A stretch of DNA of 64,000 nucleotides from the IMG/VR virus record IMGVR_UViG_2600255067_000001, positions 5,011 to 69,010 of that record; one strand, 5' to 3'. The position numbers and the translations under genes were made by a program. Under the pieces are notes generated by a model. That model saw nothing but the letters and a program-made list of their open reading frames with translations. It was not told the DNA's origin and ran no database searches. The first letter of the stretch is position 1, and every line of letters starts with the position of its first letter. This DNA comes from a virus. This document shows, in pieces, positions 1 through 8,261 of this stretch.

Positions 1-9
1 AGGGTTTTC

Positions 10-86
10 TGGGGTGGCTGATGGGACTCGAACCCACGACAACAGGAATCACAATCCTGGACTCTACCAACTGAGCTACAGCCACC
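10..86 (-). tRNA. tRNA-His (anticodon GUG)
   Basis: Reverse complement reads GGTGGCTGTAGCTCAGTTGGTAGAGTCCAGGATTGTGATTCCTG...GGGTTCGAGTCCCATCAGCCACCCCA. It has a cloverleaf, a GTG anticodon in a 7-nt loop, the extra G-1:C73 pair typical of tRNA-His, and an encoded CCA. Confidence 0.85.
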
Positions 87-170
87 ACTGCTACAACTTT
101 TGGCTTGCCTTGAATGGCTCGCCGATGAAGAAGCGAGATTATACAAACACCTTCTGCGTTTGCCTAGCCC

Positions 171-1163
171 TTATTCAAACATTTCGGCGTCTTCTCGCAG
201 ATACTGTCGCGCCTCGTCGAAGATCGCGAGATCACGGGCAGCAAGCTTGCGGTTGTCCGACAGCACACGACGCCAGCCTCGTGCGCCGGCCACGCCACGG
301 TACAAGCCAAGCGCGTGGCGCGTCATCGCGCCGAGATAGGTGCCGCGCGCGAGTTCGGTTGCACAGTACTCGACGAGCCTCGCCTCCACCTCCGCGCGGC
401 TCGGCGCTGCGGCAGTCGAGCCGTAGAAACGCGCATCGACGTCCGCGAGCACATACGGGTTGTGATACGCCTCGCGCCCGAGCATCACACCGTCGACGTG
501 CTCCAGGTGCATCGCCACTTCGTCGAGCGTCTTGATCCCACCGTTGATGACGATCTCGAGTTGCGGAAAGTCGCGCTTTAACCGATACGCGTACTCGTAC
601 TTCAGCGGCGGGATCTCGCGATTCTCCTTTGGGCTCAATCCTTTAAGGATCGCGTTGCGCGCGTGCACGATGAAAACGTTGCAGCCGGCCTCGGCCACCG
701 TGCCGACGAAGTCGCGTACGAAGCCGTATTCCTCGACGGCATCCACGCCGATCCGATGCTTCACCGTGACGGGCACCGACACTACGTCGCGCATCGCCTT
801 CACGCAGTCCGCGACGAGCTGCGGCTCGTTCATCAGGCACGCGCCGAATGCGCCGCGCTGTACCCGCTCGGACGGGCAGCCGCAGTTGAGGTTGATCTCG
901 TCGTAACCCCACTGCTCGCCGAGCCGCGCCGCGCGCGCGAGATCGTCCGGTTCGCTGCCGCCCAGTTGCAGCGCGACGGGCGCCTCCTCGGGCGTAAAGG
1001 CCAGATGGCGAGCGACGTCGCCATAGATCAGCGCGCCCGTCGTCACCATCTCGGTATAGAGCCACGTGTGGCGCGACACGAAACGGTGGAAGGTACGGCA
1101 ATGGCGATCGGTCCAGTCCATCATCGGGGCAATGCTAACGCGCCTTTTCGACCTTTTTTCCAT
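171..1163 (-). CDS. dusA: tRNA-dihydrouridine synthase A (DusA). Codons 1 to about 13 (N-terminus) are supplied by the prophage.
   Basis: 330 aa, full-length Dus TIM-barrel-like sequence (motifs GxxxNxGCP, KHRIG). Its 5' end abuts the prophage integrase, and a second diverged copy of its first ~50 nt sits at the other prophage end. Confidence 0.85.
   Translation of the reverse strand: MEKRSKRRVSIAPMMDWTDRHCRTFHRFVSRHTWLYTEMVTTGALIYGDVARHLAFTPEEAPVALQLGGSEPDDLARAARLGEQWGYDEINLNCGCPSERVQRGAFGACLMNEPQLVADCVKAMRDVVSVPVTVKHRIGVDAVEEYGFVRDFVGTVAEAGCNVFIVHARNAILKGLSPKENREIPPLKYEYAYRLKRDFPQLEIVINGGIKTLDEVAMHLEHVDGVMLGREAYHNPYVLADVDARFYGSTAAAPSRAEVEARLVEYCATELARGTYLGAMTRHALGLYRGVAGARGWRRVLSDNRKLAARDLAIFDEARQYLREDAEMFE
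1118..1128. repeat. attL core (tccatcatcgg) inside the dusA 5' coding region
   Basis: Identical 11-mer at 62773-62783. Flanks match 29/35 (ggtccagtccatcatcggggcaatgctaacgcgcc vs agtccaatccatcatcggcgccacgctgacgcggc). Confidence 0.65.
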
Positions 1164-1319
1164 GAACCTATATCTTTCAACAACTTAGAGCGCTATCAAA
1201 ACGATAACAGACGTGATAACATTTCCGCCATCCGTTAGCATTCATCCGGTCATCCACATAGCAACTGCTGCAACAACTGCTGCAACGTGCTTCAATGGCC
1301 CGGGGGACAAGAGGGCACG

Positions 1320-2474
1320 ATGGCGACTTTCACTCAACGCGGCAACAAGTGGACGGCACAGATTCGAATCGCCGGCCACCCATCCGTCACCAAGACATTT
1401 CCGAAGAAAGCGCACGCTGAGCAATGGGCCAAGCGCACCGAGACGCAGATGCGCGACGGAGCCTTCCAAGACGAAAGGAAACTGTCGAATTTTACCATCG
1501 GTGACCTGATCGACAGGTACGTGAACGATGTCGGCGGTCTGAGGCCGTTCGGAAAGTCCAAGCGTGGTGCGCTGGACATGCTCAAGCGCCACTTGGGCGC
1601 TACCCCGGTGGCAAAGTTCAGCGGCACCACGGTCATTGAATACGCGAAGGCGCGACATCAGCCACGCCCAAAGCGTGGCGGCGCACCGGGCGAGATGGAA
1701 CCCGGTGCCGGGCCCGTCACCATCAGCGTGGAACTGTCGTACCTCGGCACCGTCTTCAAGATCGCGCGCGCCCTATGGGGCATGCCCGCGCCCACGCAGG
1801 CGCTTGACGACGCCCGCGAGACCCTGCGTCACCTCGGGCTCATTGCAAAGTCGAAGGAGCGCGACCGCCGGCCGACGCTCGACGAGATCGAGCGCATCTG
1901 TGACTTCTTCGATGCCAAGCCTCGGCAAAGGATTCCCATGCGGGACATCATCCACTTCGCGATCTGGACGACCATGCGCAGCAGCGAAATCACGCGGCTA
2001 CGTTGGGCCGACCTGAACGAGGCGGACAGAACGATCATTATTCGGGACCGAAAGCACCCCGAGGAAAAGGTCGGCAACGATCAAACGGTGCCCCTGCTCG
2101 GCCCGGCATTCGACCTGGTCATGCGGCAGCCGCGCCGCGCGCTCGCCGCTGAACTGGCGGCAGAAATCGCTCTCAACAAAGACCCGCTGCGCCAGCCGCA
2201 CCCCGACGAACTGATCTTTCCGTATCGGGCCGCGACTATCTCGTCCATCTTCCCGCGCGCCTGCGAGGAACTGAAGATTACCGATTTGCACTTCCACGAT
2301 CTGCGGCACGAGGGCATTTCCAGGCTCTTCGAGATGGGCTATCGAATCGAACAGGTCGCGCTCGTGAGCGGGCACCGCGACTGGAAGATGTTGAAGCGCT
2401 ACACCCAGGTAAAAGCCAAGGACTTGCACCGCCCACCACACCACCAACAGGCGGCGCTGTCCATCGCAGCATAG
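1320..2474 (+). CDS. int: Tyrosine recombinase (phage integrase), DusA-associated type
   Basis: C-terminal catalytic motifs ...HDLRHEGISRLFEMGYRIEQVALVSGHRDWKMLKRYTQ (R..H..R..Y). RBS AGAGGG lies before ATG at 1320 (ORF track 1287..2474). Positioned directly upstream of the dusA 5' end. Confidence 0.85.
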   Translation: MATFTQRGNKWTAQIRIAGHPSVTKTFPKKAHAEQWAKRTETQMRDGAFQDERKLSNFTIGDLIDRYVNDVGGLRPFGKSKRGALDMLKRHLGATPVAKFSGTTVIEYAKARHQPRPKRGGAPGEMEPGAGPVTISVELSYLGTVFKIARALWGMPAPTQALDDARETLRHLGLIAKSKERDRRPTLDEIERICDFFDAKPRQRIPMRDIIHFAIWTTMRSSEITRLRWADLNEADRTIIIRDRKHPEEKVGNDQTVPLLGPAFDLVMRQPRRALAAELAAEIALNKDPLRQPHPDELIFPYRAATISSIFPRACEELKITDLHFHDLRHEGISRLFEMGYRIEQVALVSGHRDWKMLKRYTQVKAKDLHRPPHHQQAALSIAA

Positions 2475-2663
2475 CGGATTCGCTAATACATTATCAAAAC
2501 AGTTTGCATAACTGCACGGACGGAACTAACATGTACGCACACGCATTAGCGTGCCCACGGCAACCACACGCCGTTGCATCGTACAGACGCTCTATGCGGT
2601 AGCCTTTCGGCCGCCGAAATGCGTTCTGGATGAACGGCAATCGGCGACAAAGGAGAAAGAGCG

Positions 2664-3059
2664 ATGTCTGGAACCCATGACGTAGTCACGCGCGAGGCCG
2701 ACGAAGAACGCATCGCGGCATGCCTCGAAGCGTGCGCCGGGCTCAGCACCGAAGCTCTGAAGAACGGCGTTATTCACAAGATGATTTCCACCCTCGACAG
2801 CGCGAACAACGCACTGGAACAGTGGGCGGCTATGGCGATTGCTGGCGTTCCGGCGGGATTCACTCCGGTGATCGTCGGCCTTCCGCAGATCGGGCAGGAT
2901 CACCAGCAGATCATCGAGAAGCGAGGCTCAGAGATTTCGGTAATTGCGTGGCGCCCCATTCCGGGTGAGTCGGTTGGCAGTCCTGATTATCAAGGACAAG
3001 CGGATTCGCCTTCGATTGCCGAACCCAAGCCACCGGGTGGCGAGCGGGTGGCGTCATGA
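2664..3059 (+). CDS. Hypothetical protein
   Basis: 131 aa ORF with RBS AAAGGAGAAAG, high GC3, and an acidic C-terminus. Confidence 0.55.
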   Translation: MSGTHDVVTREADEERIAACLEACAGLSTEALKNGVIHKMISTLDSANNALEQWAAMAIAGVPAGFTPVIVGLPQIGQDHQQIIEKRGSEISVIAWRPIPGESVGSPDYQGQADSPSIAEPKPPGGERVAS

Positions 3060-3286
3060 GCGACGCCCCTATCCCGCTGGGGGATGAATTCCTCCCCACC
3101 GATCCACCGCGGCTGACGCTGCTCGACTACTACGCGGCACATGTGGACGTGCAGATTTACCGCCCCATCGAAACATTGCTGGCGAGGCTTGGACGTCCAC
3201 CGAGCATGAGCGAACTCGCCGCATACGTCGCCGAACTGCGCCTCATGGAGGCACAGGCGATCATGAAGGCTCGGGAGATATCGTGA
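3056..3286 (+). CDS. Hypothetical protein
   Basis: 76 aa ORF, translationally coupled (ATGA overlap) to the upstream gene. Confidence 0.5.
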   Translation: MSDAPIPLGDEFLPTDPPRLTLLDYYAAHVDVQIYRPIETLLARLGRPPSMSELAAYVAELRLMEAQAIMKAREIS

Positions 3287-3627
3287 CGGAGACGAACTGC
3301 AAGGAAGCCGTTCTCGCGGCTCTCGGTCGTTACCCCCTGACCATCGCAGAACTCGTTCATGAGACAGGTTTTGCGAAGCGCACAATCAACGGTGTGATCA
3401 AGGCGCTTCACGAGGCGGAACGTATCCACATCGACCACTTCGAAAACTCGATGACGAGCACGATCTCGAACTCGGTTCCGGCGTACATCCTTGGCAACGG
3501 GGTTGACGCCAAACGACGACGAGCTTCAAACAAGGTTCTCTGTGCGCGGTATCGAGAGAAACTGAGGCAGCAACCGCGAGGCTCATTCCCGCTCGGCGAT
3601 GTCTGGCATAACGTCGCCTCAGCGTAG
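3283..3627 (+). CDS. Hypothetical protein with a winged-helix-like motif (LTIAELVHETGFAKRTINGVIKAL)
   Basis: 114 aa ORF, coupled to the upstream ORF. HTH-like segment. Confidence 0.5.
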   Translation: MTETNCKEAVLAALGRYPLTIAELVHETGFAKRTINGVIKALHEAERIHIDHFENSMTSTISNSVPAYILGNGVDAKRRRASNKVLCARYREKLRQQPRGSFPLGDVWHNVASA

Positions 3628-3629
3628 GT

Positions 3630-4145
3630 TCAGCGGGCCGCAGCAGCTTCGCTCGCGGCCCACTCCTGCCACCGCTTGATCACTGCGGCGTTTGCGCGGC
3701 AACCGGTGAGGTTTTCGGTGTCGGTGCGGGCAACGTCTTGGGCTGGAACGGGCGCTGCATGAGTTCCGCCGGCGGCGTCGGGAAGCGGCATACCTGTGGC
3801 GGCAGCGTCGTAGAGCACGCGGAAAGAGCCAGGAAGATCGGGAGTAGTAGCCGGGACATAGAACGGCACCTTTTGGTAGATGGTTTTTCCTTGGTCGTGG
3901 ATCACCTTCAGTTGCGTGACGACCTTCGTTTGAACCTGCGTCGTCACGGCGCCCTGCTTCGCGTCCACCTTCTGCACAGCCTTCGCCGTTGCGACCTTCT
4001 CTGCTTGCCACTGCGTCGTCACGCGTGCGGCACCGAAATGCCACCCGAGCGCGAACAGCACGAAGGCAACGAGGGCCACGAGAGCGATGCGCCAGTGCGC
4101 GCCGACCGCGCGCAACGCTGCCACGATTGCGGTGATGATGAACAT
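3630..4145 (-). CDS. Rz-like i-spanin (lysis protein B type)
   Basis: 171 aa with an N-terminal hydrophobic anchor and a long periplasmic Q/K/T-rich coiled coil (TTQWQAEKVATAKAVQKVDAKQG...). It is the last gene of the lysis cassette. Confidence 0.55.
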   Translation of the reverse strand: MFIITAIVAALRAVGAHWRIALVALVAFVLFALGWHFGAARVTTQWQAEKVATAKAVQKVDAKQGAVTTQVQTKVVTQLKVIHDQGKTIYQKVPFYVPATTPDLPGSFRVLYDAAATGMPLPDAAGGTHAAPVPAQDVARTDTENLTGCRANAAVIKRWQEWAASEAAAAR

Positions 4146-4147
4146 GG

Positions 4148-4357
4148 TCAGCCCCCGAGTTTCTTGCCGGCGCCCACGGACGCAATCAGCACGCCGACGC
4201 CCACGCCGTACTGTTGCAAATCGAACGGCTTGCCGGTGAGTACCGAGTACACCTCGAGCCCCATGCCGAGCACGAACGCAGCGGCACCGAGCGCATAGGC
4301 CGGTTCCAACGTCTTGTTGTCGTCGCCTGTGACGAGTTCCATCAGTTTTTGCAGCAT
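4148..4357 (-). CDS. Small two-TM membrane protein, putative holin
   Basis: 69 aa, two hydrophobic helices (LGAAAFVLGMGLEVYSV / VGVGVLIASVGAG) and a charged C-terminus. Sits between lysozyme and Rz-like genes. Confidence 0.5.
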   Translation of the reverse strand: MLQKLMELVTGDDNKTLEPAYALGAAAFVLGMGLEVYSVLTGKPFDLQQYGVGVGVLIASVGAGKKLGG

Positions 4358-4364
4358 GACGTCC

Positions 4365-4928
4365 TCAATGGGTCAACTGGCTGTGCATCTCGTCTGCCGA
4401 GAACACGAAGCCGGGGGTGCGCGGAAAGGCCTGGAAGAGCCACACGGGGAGGCTCATGGCGTGGATACCGTGGTCCTTGTGGCGGTGGAATTTCGAGTGC
4501 AGGACGAGCATGTTCGCCATGCTGTCGACGAATGTCTCGGGATGCGCCGGGTCGAAGGCGTGCCAGTCGAAACCGCGCGCGGCTGCGAGCGTGACGATGA
4601 TCCAAAGCAGCGACTGGCGGGCGTCATACGTCTCGCCGGTCGGCTGGTCCGTCTCGATGTCCAGCACCGGCAGAGTGGCAACCTCGCCGATAGCAACGCC
4701 CTTCACGAGGCGCCAGTCGACGGCCCCGCTAAAAGCCCACTCAACGAAGATGTGGTGGTACTCGACGCCCTCCTTCTGGCCGCTGATTGCGCACGGCAAG
4801 CCGGCCGCGTGCCCCGCTTTCTTCGTCGCGCGGAATACGGCCGACTCGGTGCGCGGCGGATGATCGGGATAGAAGACGTCTTCGGTGATGGTGTCGTGGT
4901 GTTCGTGCTCGTGGCTGACGGTCGTCAT
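4365..4928 (-). CDS. Histidine-rich hypothetical protein (MTTVSHEHEHH...EYHHIFVEW...HSKFHRHKDHGIH), possible metal-binding or nuclease
   Basis: High-GC3 ORF beginning at an internal Met of track ORF 4365..5219. Embedded in the lysis cassette and preceded by a hairpin. Confidence 0.45.
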   Translation of the reverse strand: MTTVSHEHEHHDTITEDVFYPDHPPRTESAVFRATKKAGHAAGLPCAISGQKEGVEYHHIFVEWAFSGAVDWRLVKGVAIGEVATLPVLDIETDQPTGETYDARQSLLWIIVTLAAARGFDWHAFDPAHPETFVDSMANMLVLHSKFHRHKDHGIHAMSLPVWLFQAFPRTPGFVFSADEMHSQLTH

Positions 4929-4944
4929 GGGAGGGAGGAATTGA

Positions 4945-4968
4945 AAAAGCCGCCCGGAGGCGGCTTTG
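4945..4968 (-). terminator. Hairpin (gccgcc-tccg-ggcggc) plus T-run between the lysozyme and the His-rich gene. Member of a repeated motif family.
   Basis: aaaaagccgcccggaggcggctttgtgagg. A near-identical element occurs at about 11907-11940. Confidence 0.5.
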
Positions 4969-4990
4969 TGAGGAAGGGAGACGGGATGAG

Positions 4991-5440
4991 CTACGCAGTG
5001 GGCATGACGCCGCTTTCCATCGCTTTGCAGAGGCGTACGGAGCGGTCGCCAACCTGCTTGTACCAGGCCGATGCCTTCATGCCGGCCGCGGCAATGGCGT
5101 AGGCGCCACGCTGGACGGCAGCCAGCGTGTTTTTGAAGCCGAGCAGCTTGTCGACGCCCAGGTTGAAGGCCATGTTGGCAATCACGCGCTGCCGGACCTC
5201 GTCGAGCTTGCGCCACCACGGCAGATGAAGATCGAGCCCGGCGAACGTGACAGTGAGGTCGTGATCCAGAAGTTGGTCAACCTGCGCATCGTTGAGCGGA
5301 AATTTCCACCCCGCAGGCAGCGGCGAGGCGAGCAGGTTGTGCCCTACTCCAGTGGTCGGAATGCCCTTCGTGTCGAGATACTTGACGTAGCGCACGCCCT
5401 CGTCACGACGCAGTTCCTTGTCCATCAAATCGAGGTTCAT
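4991..5440 (-). CDS. Phage lysozyme (T4-lysozyme-like, GH24 endolysin)
   Basis: 149 aa with motifs EGVRYVKYLDTKGIPTTGVGHNL and ANMAFNLGV, characteristic of lysozyme family endolysins. Confidence 0.8.
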   Translation of the reverse strand: MNLDLMDKELRRDEGVRYVKYLDTKGIPTTGVGHNLLASPLPAGWKFPLNDAQVDQLLDHDLTVTFAGLDLHLPWWRKLDEVRQRVIANMAFNLGVDKLLGFKNTLAAVQRGAYAIAAAGMKASAWYKQVGDRSVRLCKAMESGVMPTA

Positions 5441-5757
5441 TTCTTGTCCGCCTTCGCATCGAGCTTGTCGTCGATGCGTTCGAGCTTCGCGAACACGGCC
5501 TTGATGGCGTCGTTGAAGGCGTCGATAGCCTTTTGCATTTGCGTGTTCGGAACGTAGGTTTCGGCCACGTGCAACTTGTGGTCAGCCAGGGCGTCTTTCA
5601 GCGCGACTATCTGCTTGTGAGCGCCCTCAATCGCTTCGTCGCGCTTTACGTCACGCGCATCCGCCTGCGACTGCTGCCGACGGAATAGCCACCAAACAAC
5701 GGTGCCGGCGCCAGTGGCGGCCGTGCACCCGACTGCGGCTACGGAAGCCCAATCCAT
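5437..5757 (-). CDS. Lysis-associated membrane protein (N-terminal TM plus coiled coil; holin, antiholin or spanin-like)
   Basis: 106 aa. Has an N-terminal TM (VAAVGCTAATGAGTVVWWLF) followed by a charged helical region. It is the first gene of the lysis cassette and its end overlaps the lysozyme start. Confidence 0.5.
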   Translation of the reverse strand: MDWASVAAVGCTAATGAGTVVWWLFRRQQSQADARDVKRDEAIEGAHKQIVALKDALADHKLHVAETYVPNTQMQKAIDAFNDAIKAVFAKLERIDDKLDAKADKK

Positions 5758-5876
5758 GCAAATCCCCGAGGAAGTGGCCGCCTAGCGACGGCGCTGGTTA
5801 AAAAACTTGCACACTTTTCTGCACATGTGTTATCGTGCGCCGCATGTTGATAACGCGTTAGCACAAAGGTGAGCAA

Positions 5877-6626
5877 ATGAAAAAAGCAAAGACGGTTGTG
5901 AAGGTGATCGCCGCGGCTGCACTGTGCTGCGCCGGTACGGCACGCGCGGAGAGCTGGTTTCAGTTCGACGGTGGCCCCGCGCTAACGTCCGCGACGAAGG
6001 TTGGCGATGGCATCTACTATTCGCGCGGCTTCAGCCATGACACGCCGAACGGCTCATACGGGTTCCGCGCGGGCATCCAGTTCAACGCCATCGAGCCCGA
6101 TCACTGGATTCCGGGCGTGCGTGCGCACCTTGCCTATTACAACTTCGGCAAGGTGCGCTGGTCGTCAATGAACCCGCAGGACTCCGGGGACTTCACCTCG
6201 GAAGGCAAGGTCGGCGGCTACAACTCAGTCACCCTTTCCTGCAACGACTCGAACTGCGGCACCTTCCGCCGCTTCGACTCGGTCGGTGGCATCCAGGCTA
6301 TCGCGCTGACCGTCGAACCGTACTGGGACGTCGGCGGCGGCTGGCAGATCGGCGTGGAGGCTGGCCCGGCGCTTTACCGCAGCGTGTGGACATCGGTGGC
6401 CACGGCCATGTCGGACGGAAAATTCGGCCCGGCCGGCACGCAGGAGACGCTCACGCACACGCCTCGAATTCAGGCCGGCGCGCTGGCGGGCGTATCGGTA
6501 TCGAGGGGCGCGTATTCCGCGCGGCTGAACTACCTCTACGCTCCGGCGAAGTTCAACGAGAACGGGCGCGACGTGCCATCCGGCCTCAAAGGTGAATGGA
6601 TGCTTTCTCTCAATTACACTTGGTGA
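5877..6626 (+). CDS. Outer-membrane beta-barrel protein with signal peptide (Ail/Lom/OmpX-superfamily-like moron)
   Basis: Signal peptide MKKAKTVVKVIAAAALCCAGTARA, alternating amphipathic strands, and C-terminal ...LSLNYTW aromatic terminus. Own promoter with conserved motif, RBS AAAGGTGAG. Confidence 0.65.
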   Translation: MKKAKTVVKVIAAAALCCAGTARAESWFQFDGGPALTSATKVGDGIYYSRGFSHDTPNGSYGFRAGIQFNAIEPDHWIPGVRAHLAYYNFGKVRWSSMNPQDSGDFTSEGKVGGYNSVTLSCNDSNCGTFRRFDSVGGIQAIALTVEPYWDVGGGWQIGVEAGPALYRSVWTSVATAMSDGKFGPAGTQETLTHTPRIQAGALAGVSVSRGAYSARLNYLYAPAKFNENGRDVPSGLKGEWMLSLNYTW

Positions 6627-6660
6627 GCAAGAAGCGCGTTCTATTCAAACAGAGGTCACG

Positions 6661-6882
6661 ATGTTGATAGCACTGAAAGAAGGATTTCTCACGTTGACAC
6701 CCGAAAACGTTGAGGATCGCGAGAAATTGGCCGCTACCTTCGGCCGACCCGAGTCGGTAGCGGACGATCACGGCTATCGTGAATTCCACGAAAAAGCGAG
6801 AGGTCTTCACATCTCGCTAAACACGGACGGTCAGTCGGTGGATATCGCAGTGGCTGATGCATGGTGGAACTACGATAGCTAA
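6661..6882 (+). CDS. Hypothetical small protein
   Basis: 73 aa starting at internal Met of track ORF 6592..6882, preceded by GAGG. Lies downstream of the OMP gene. Confidence 0.4.
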   Translation: MLIALKEGFLTLTPENVEDREKLAATFGRPESVADDHGYREFHEKARGLHISLNTDGQSVDIAVADAWWNYDS

Positions 6883-6885
6883 GAC

Positions 6886-8025
6886 TTAGGCTTCGACGCT
6901 CCGCATGAGGTCGTCGAAGCTGTTCTCCCAGGTCTGCCGCTGGAATCGCACATGGATCTGTTCTTCGAATCGACAAAGGAGATCCGGGTTTTGTACGAGG
7001 CCGCTGATGATCTCGAACGCCTGCTGATGATCGTACGGGTCGAACATCAATTCAGGAAACGGATTGATTTCGGGCAGGCTTGAAGTGTTCGACGTCACGC
7101 AAACCTTGCCGTAGAACAGGCTCTCGCTCGCCGGCAAGCCCCATCCCTCATAGAACGACGGAAAGACCGTGAACAGGCTGCCACTGATCAGCGCGGCCAG
7201 CTTCTCATTCGTCACATCGTGGCGAATCTCCACGAGGCCGCGCACCGCCGGATCGGTCTGAAAAAGCGTGTACACGTCGCCCGCAATCCAGCCTTGGCGC
7301 CCCACAAGAATCAGCTTCGGGCAGCGCTCGCCGAGCAGCGCAGCCAGGCGACGCCACACGTAATACAGGAGGACGTGATTCTTCCTGATCTCGATCGTGC
7401 CAACCGACAGCACATATGGTCGACCGCCGGCCGCCTCGTCTGCTGGCGTCGCGCCAGCGTCGACCACATCCGATCCCAGCCTGAACACGCGAGTGTCGGC
7501 ATCGTCCGAGAGAATCGCCTTAACGTCGGCAGCGGTGCTCCGCGAGATGCAGGCATACCGGTCGCAGAAAGTGGGTAGCGCGCGCATGAACGCAGCGGCC
7601 CGCGAACCGAACTCAGGCTCGAAAAAATGTGGGAATTTGACCGGTATCAGGTCGCACAGCAGGAACTGCATCACGACGCCCGGGGCTTTACCGCGGAGTG
7701 CCTGCGCTGCCTCCAGGTACCCCGAGTGGTCCCATGCAGCCTCGGAAAACAGAACGCGATCTCCAGAAGCAAGCTGCTCACCGAGAAGCGATCCATGTGG
7801 GGCATCCACATTCGAATATCGCGCGCGGCCAGCTGCGAGAGCCACAAAATATTCTGTGCTTTCAGGAACGATGAACTGCTGGCGCGCGCGGTCAAAGAAG
7901 AAGTGCCCGACATCCGCGCGGCGCAGGCTCTGGAGAAAAACGTTCTGCGAGACGCGCGGTATGCCGTGCGGCTTGGGGCCCCAGTGCTCAAGCAATGAAA
8001 TTTCCAGCCAGACTCGTCCGCCCAT
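6886..8025 (-). CDS. Glycosyltransferase family 1 (GT4-type, EX7E motif)
   Basis: 379 aa with ...FTVFPSFYEGWGLPASESLFYGKVCVTSNTSSLPEI (GT-B C-terminal domain signature). RBS AAGAAGGGG. Sits just downstream of the tail fiber cluster. Confidence 0.75.
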   Translation of the reverse strand: MGGRVWLEISLLEHWGPKPHGIPRVSQNVFLQSLRRADVGHFFFDRARQQFIVPESTEYFVALAAGRARYSNVDAPHGSLLGEQLASGDRVLFSEAAWDHSGYLEAAQALRGKAPGVVMQFLLCDLIPVKFPHFFEPEFGSRAAAFMRALPTFCDRYACISRSTAADVKAILSDDADTRVFRLGSDVVDAGATPADEAAGGRPYVLSVGTIEIRKNHVLLYYVWRRLAALLGERCPKLILVGRQGWIAGDVYTLFQTDPAVRGLVEIRHDVTNEKLAALISGSLFTVFPSFYEGWGLPASESLFYGKVCVTSNTSSLPEINPFPELMFDPYDHQQAFEIISGLVQNPDLLCRFEEQIHVRFQRQTWENSFDDLMRSVEA

Positions 8026-8072
8026 CGCTATCCCCTTCTTGAAAGACGCGAGGATAGCGCATTTCGACTGCC

Positions 8073-8252
8073 CTACTGCGGCGCCGGCAGGTACTGCTGG
8101 GACGTCGCCGGCTGGGCGTCATAGTAGGTCTTCCAGCGTGCGTCGGTCACCTCGACCGTGCCCATGTTCGGCCACACCGCAGGGTCTTGCGGCGAAGCGA
8201 AGTAACCGATGATCGTCTCTTCAGTGCTGTCGGAGAATTGAACGTTGAGCAT
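8073..8252 (-). CDS. Small protein downstream of the tail fiber (possible tail fiber assembly/chaperone protein)
   Basis: 59 aa (below the track cutoff): MLNVQFSDSTEETIIGYFASPQDPAVWPNMGTVEVTDARWKTYYDAQPATSQQYLPAPQ. RBS AAGGA 7 nt upstream, high GC3, 15 nt after the fiber stop. Confidence 0.45.
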   Translation of the reverse strand: MLNVQFSDSTEETIIGYFASPQDPAVWPNMGTVEVTDARWKTYYDAQPATSQQYLPAPQ

Positions 8253-8261
8253 GCTCGGTCC

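Noticed and set aside
3619-4185. Embedded Rz1/o-spanin inside the Rz-like gene (alternative frame ORF 3619..4185)
   Set aside because: The alternative-frame product is Arg-rich nonsense with no signal peptide or lipobox. No convincing o-spanin was found, so the o-spanin is left unassigned.
4314-5102. Plus-strand ORFs 4314..5102 and 4417..4863 opposite the lysis genes
   Set aside because: Antisense to the His-rich protein and lysozyme. No motifs, biased composition.
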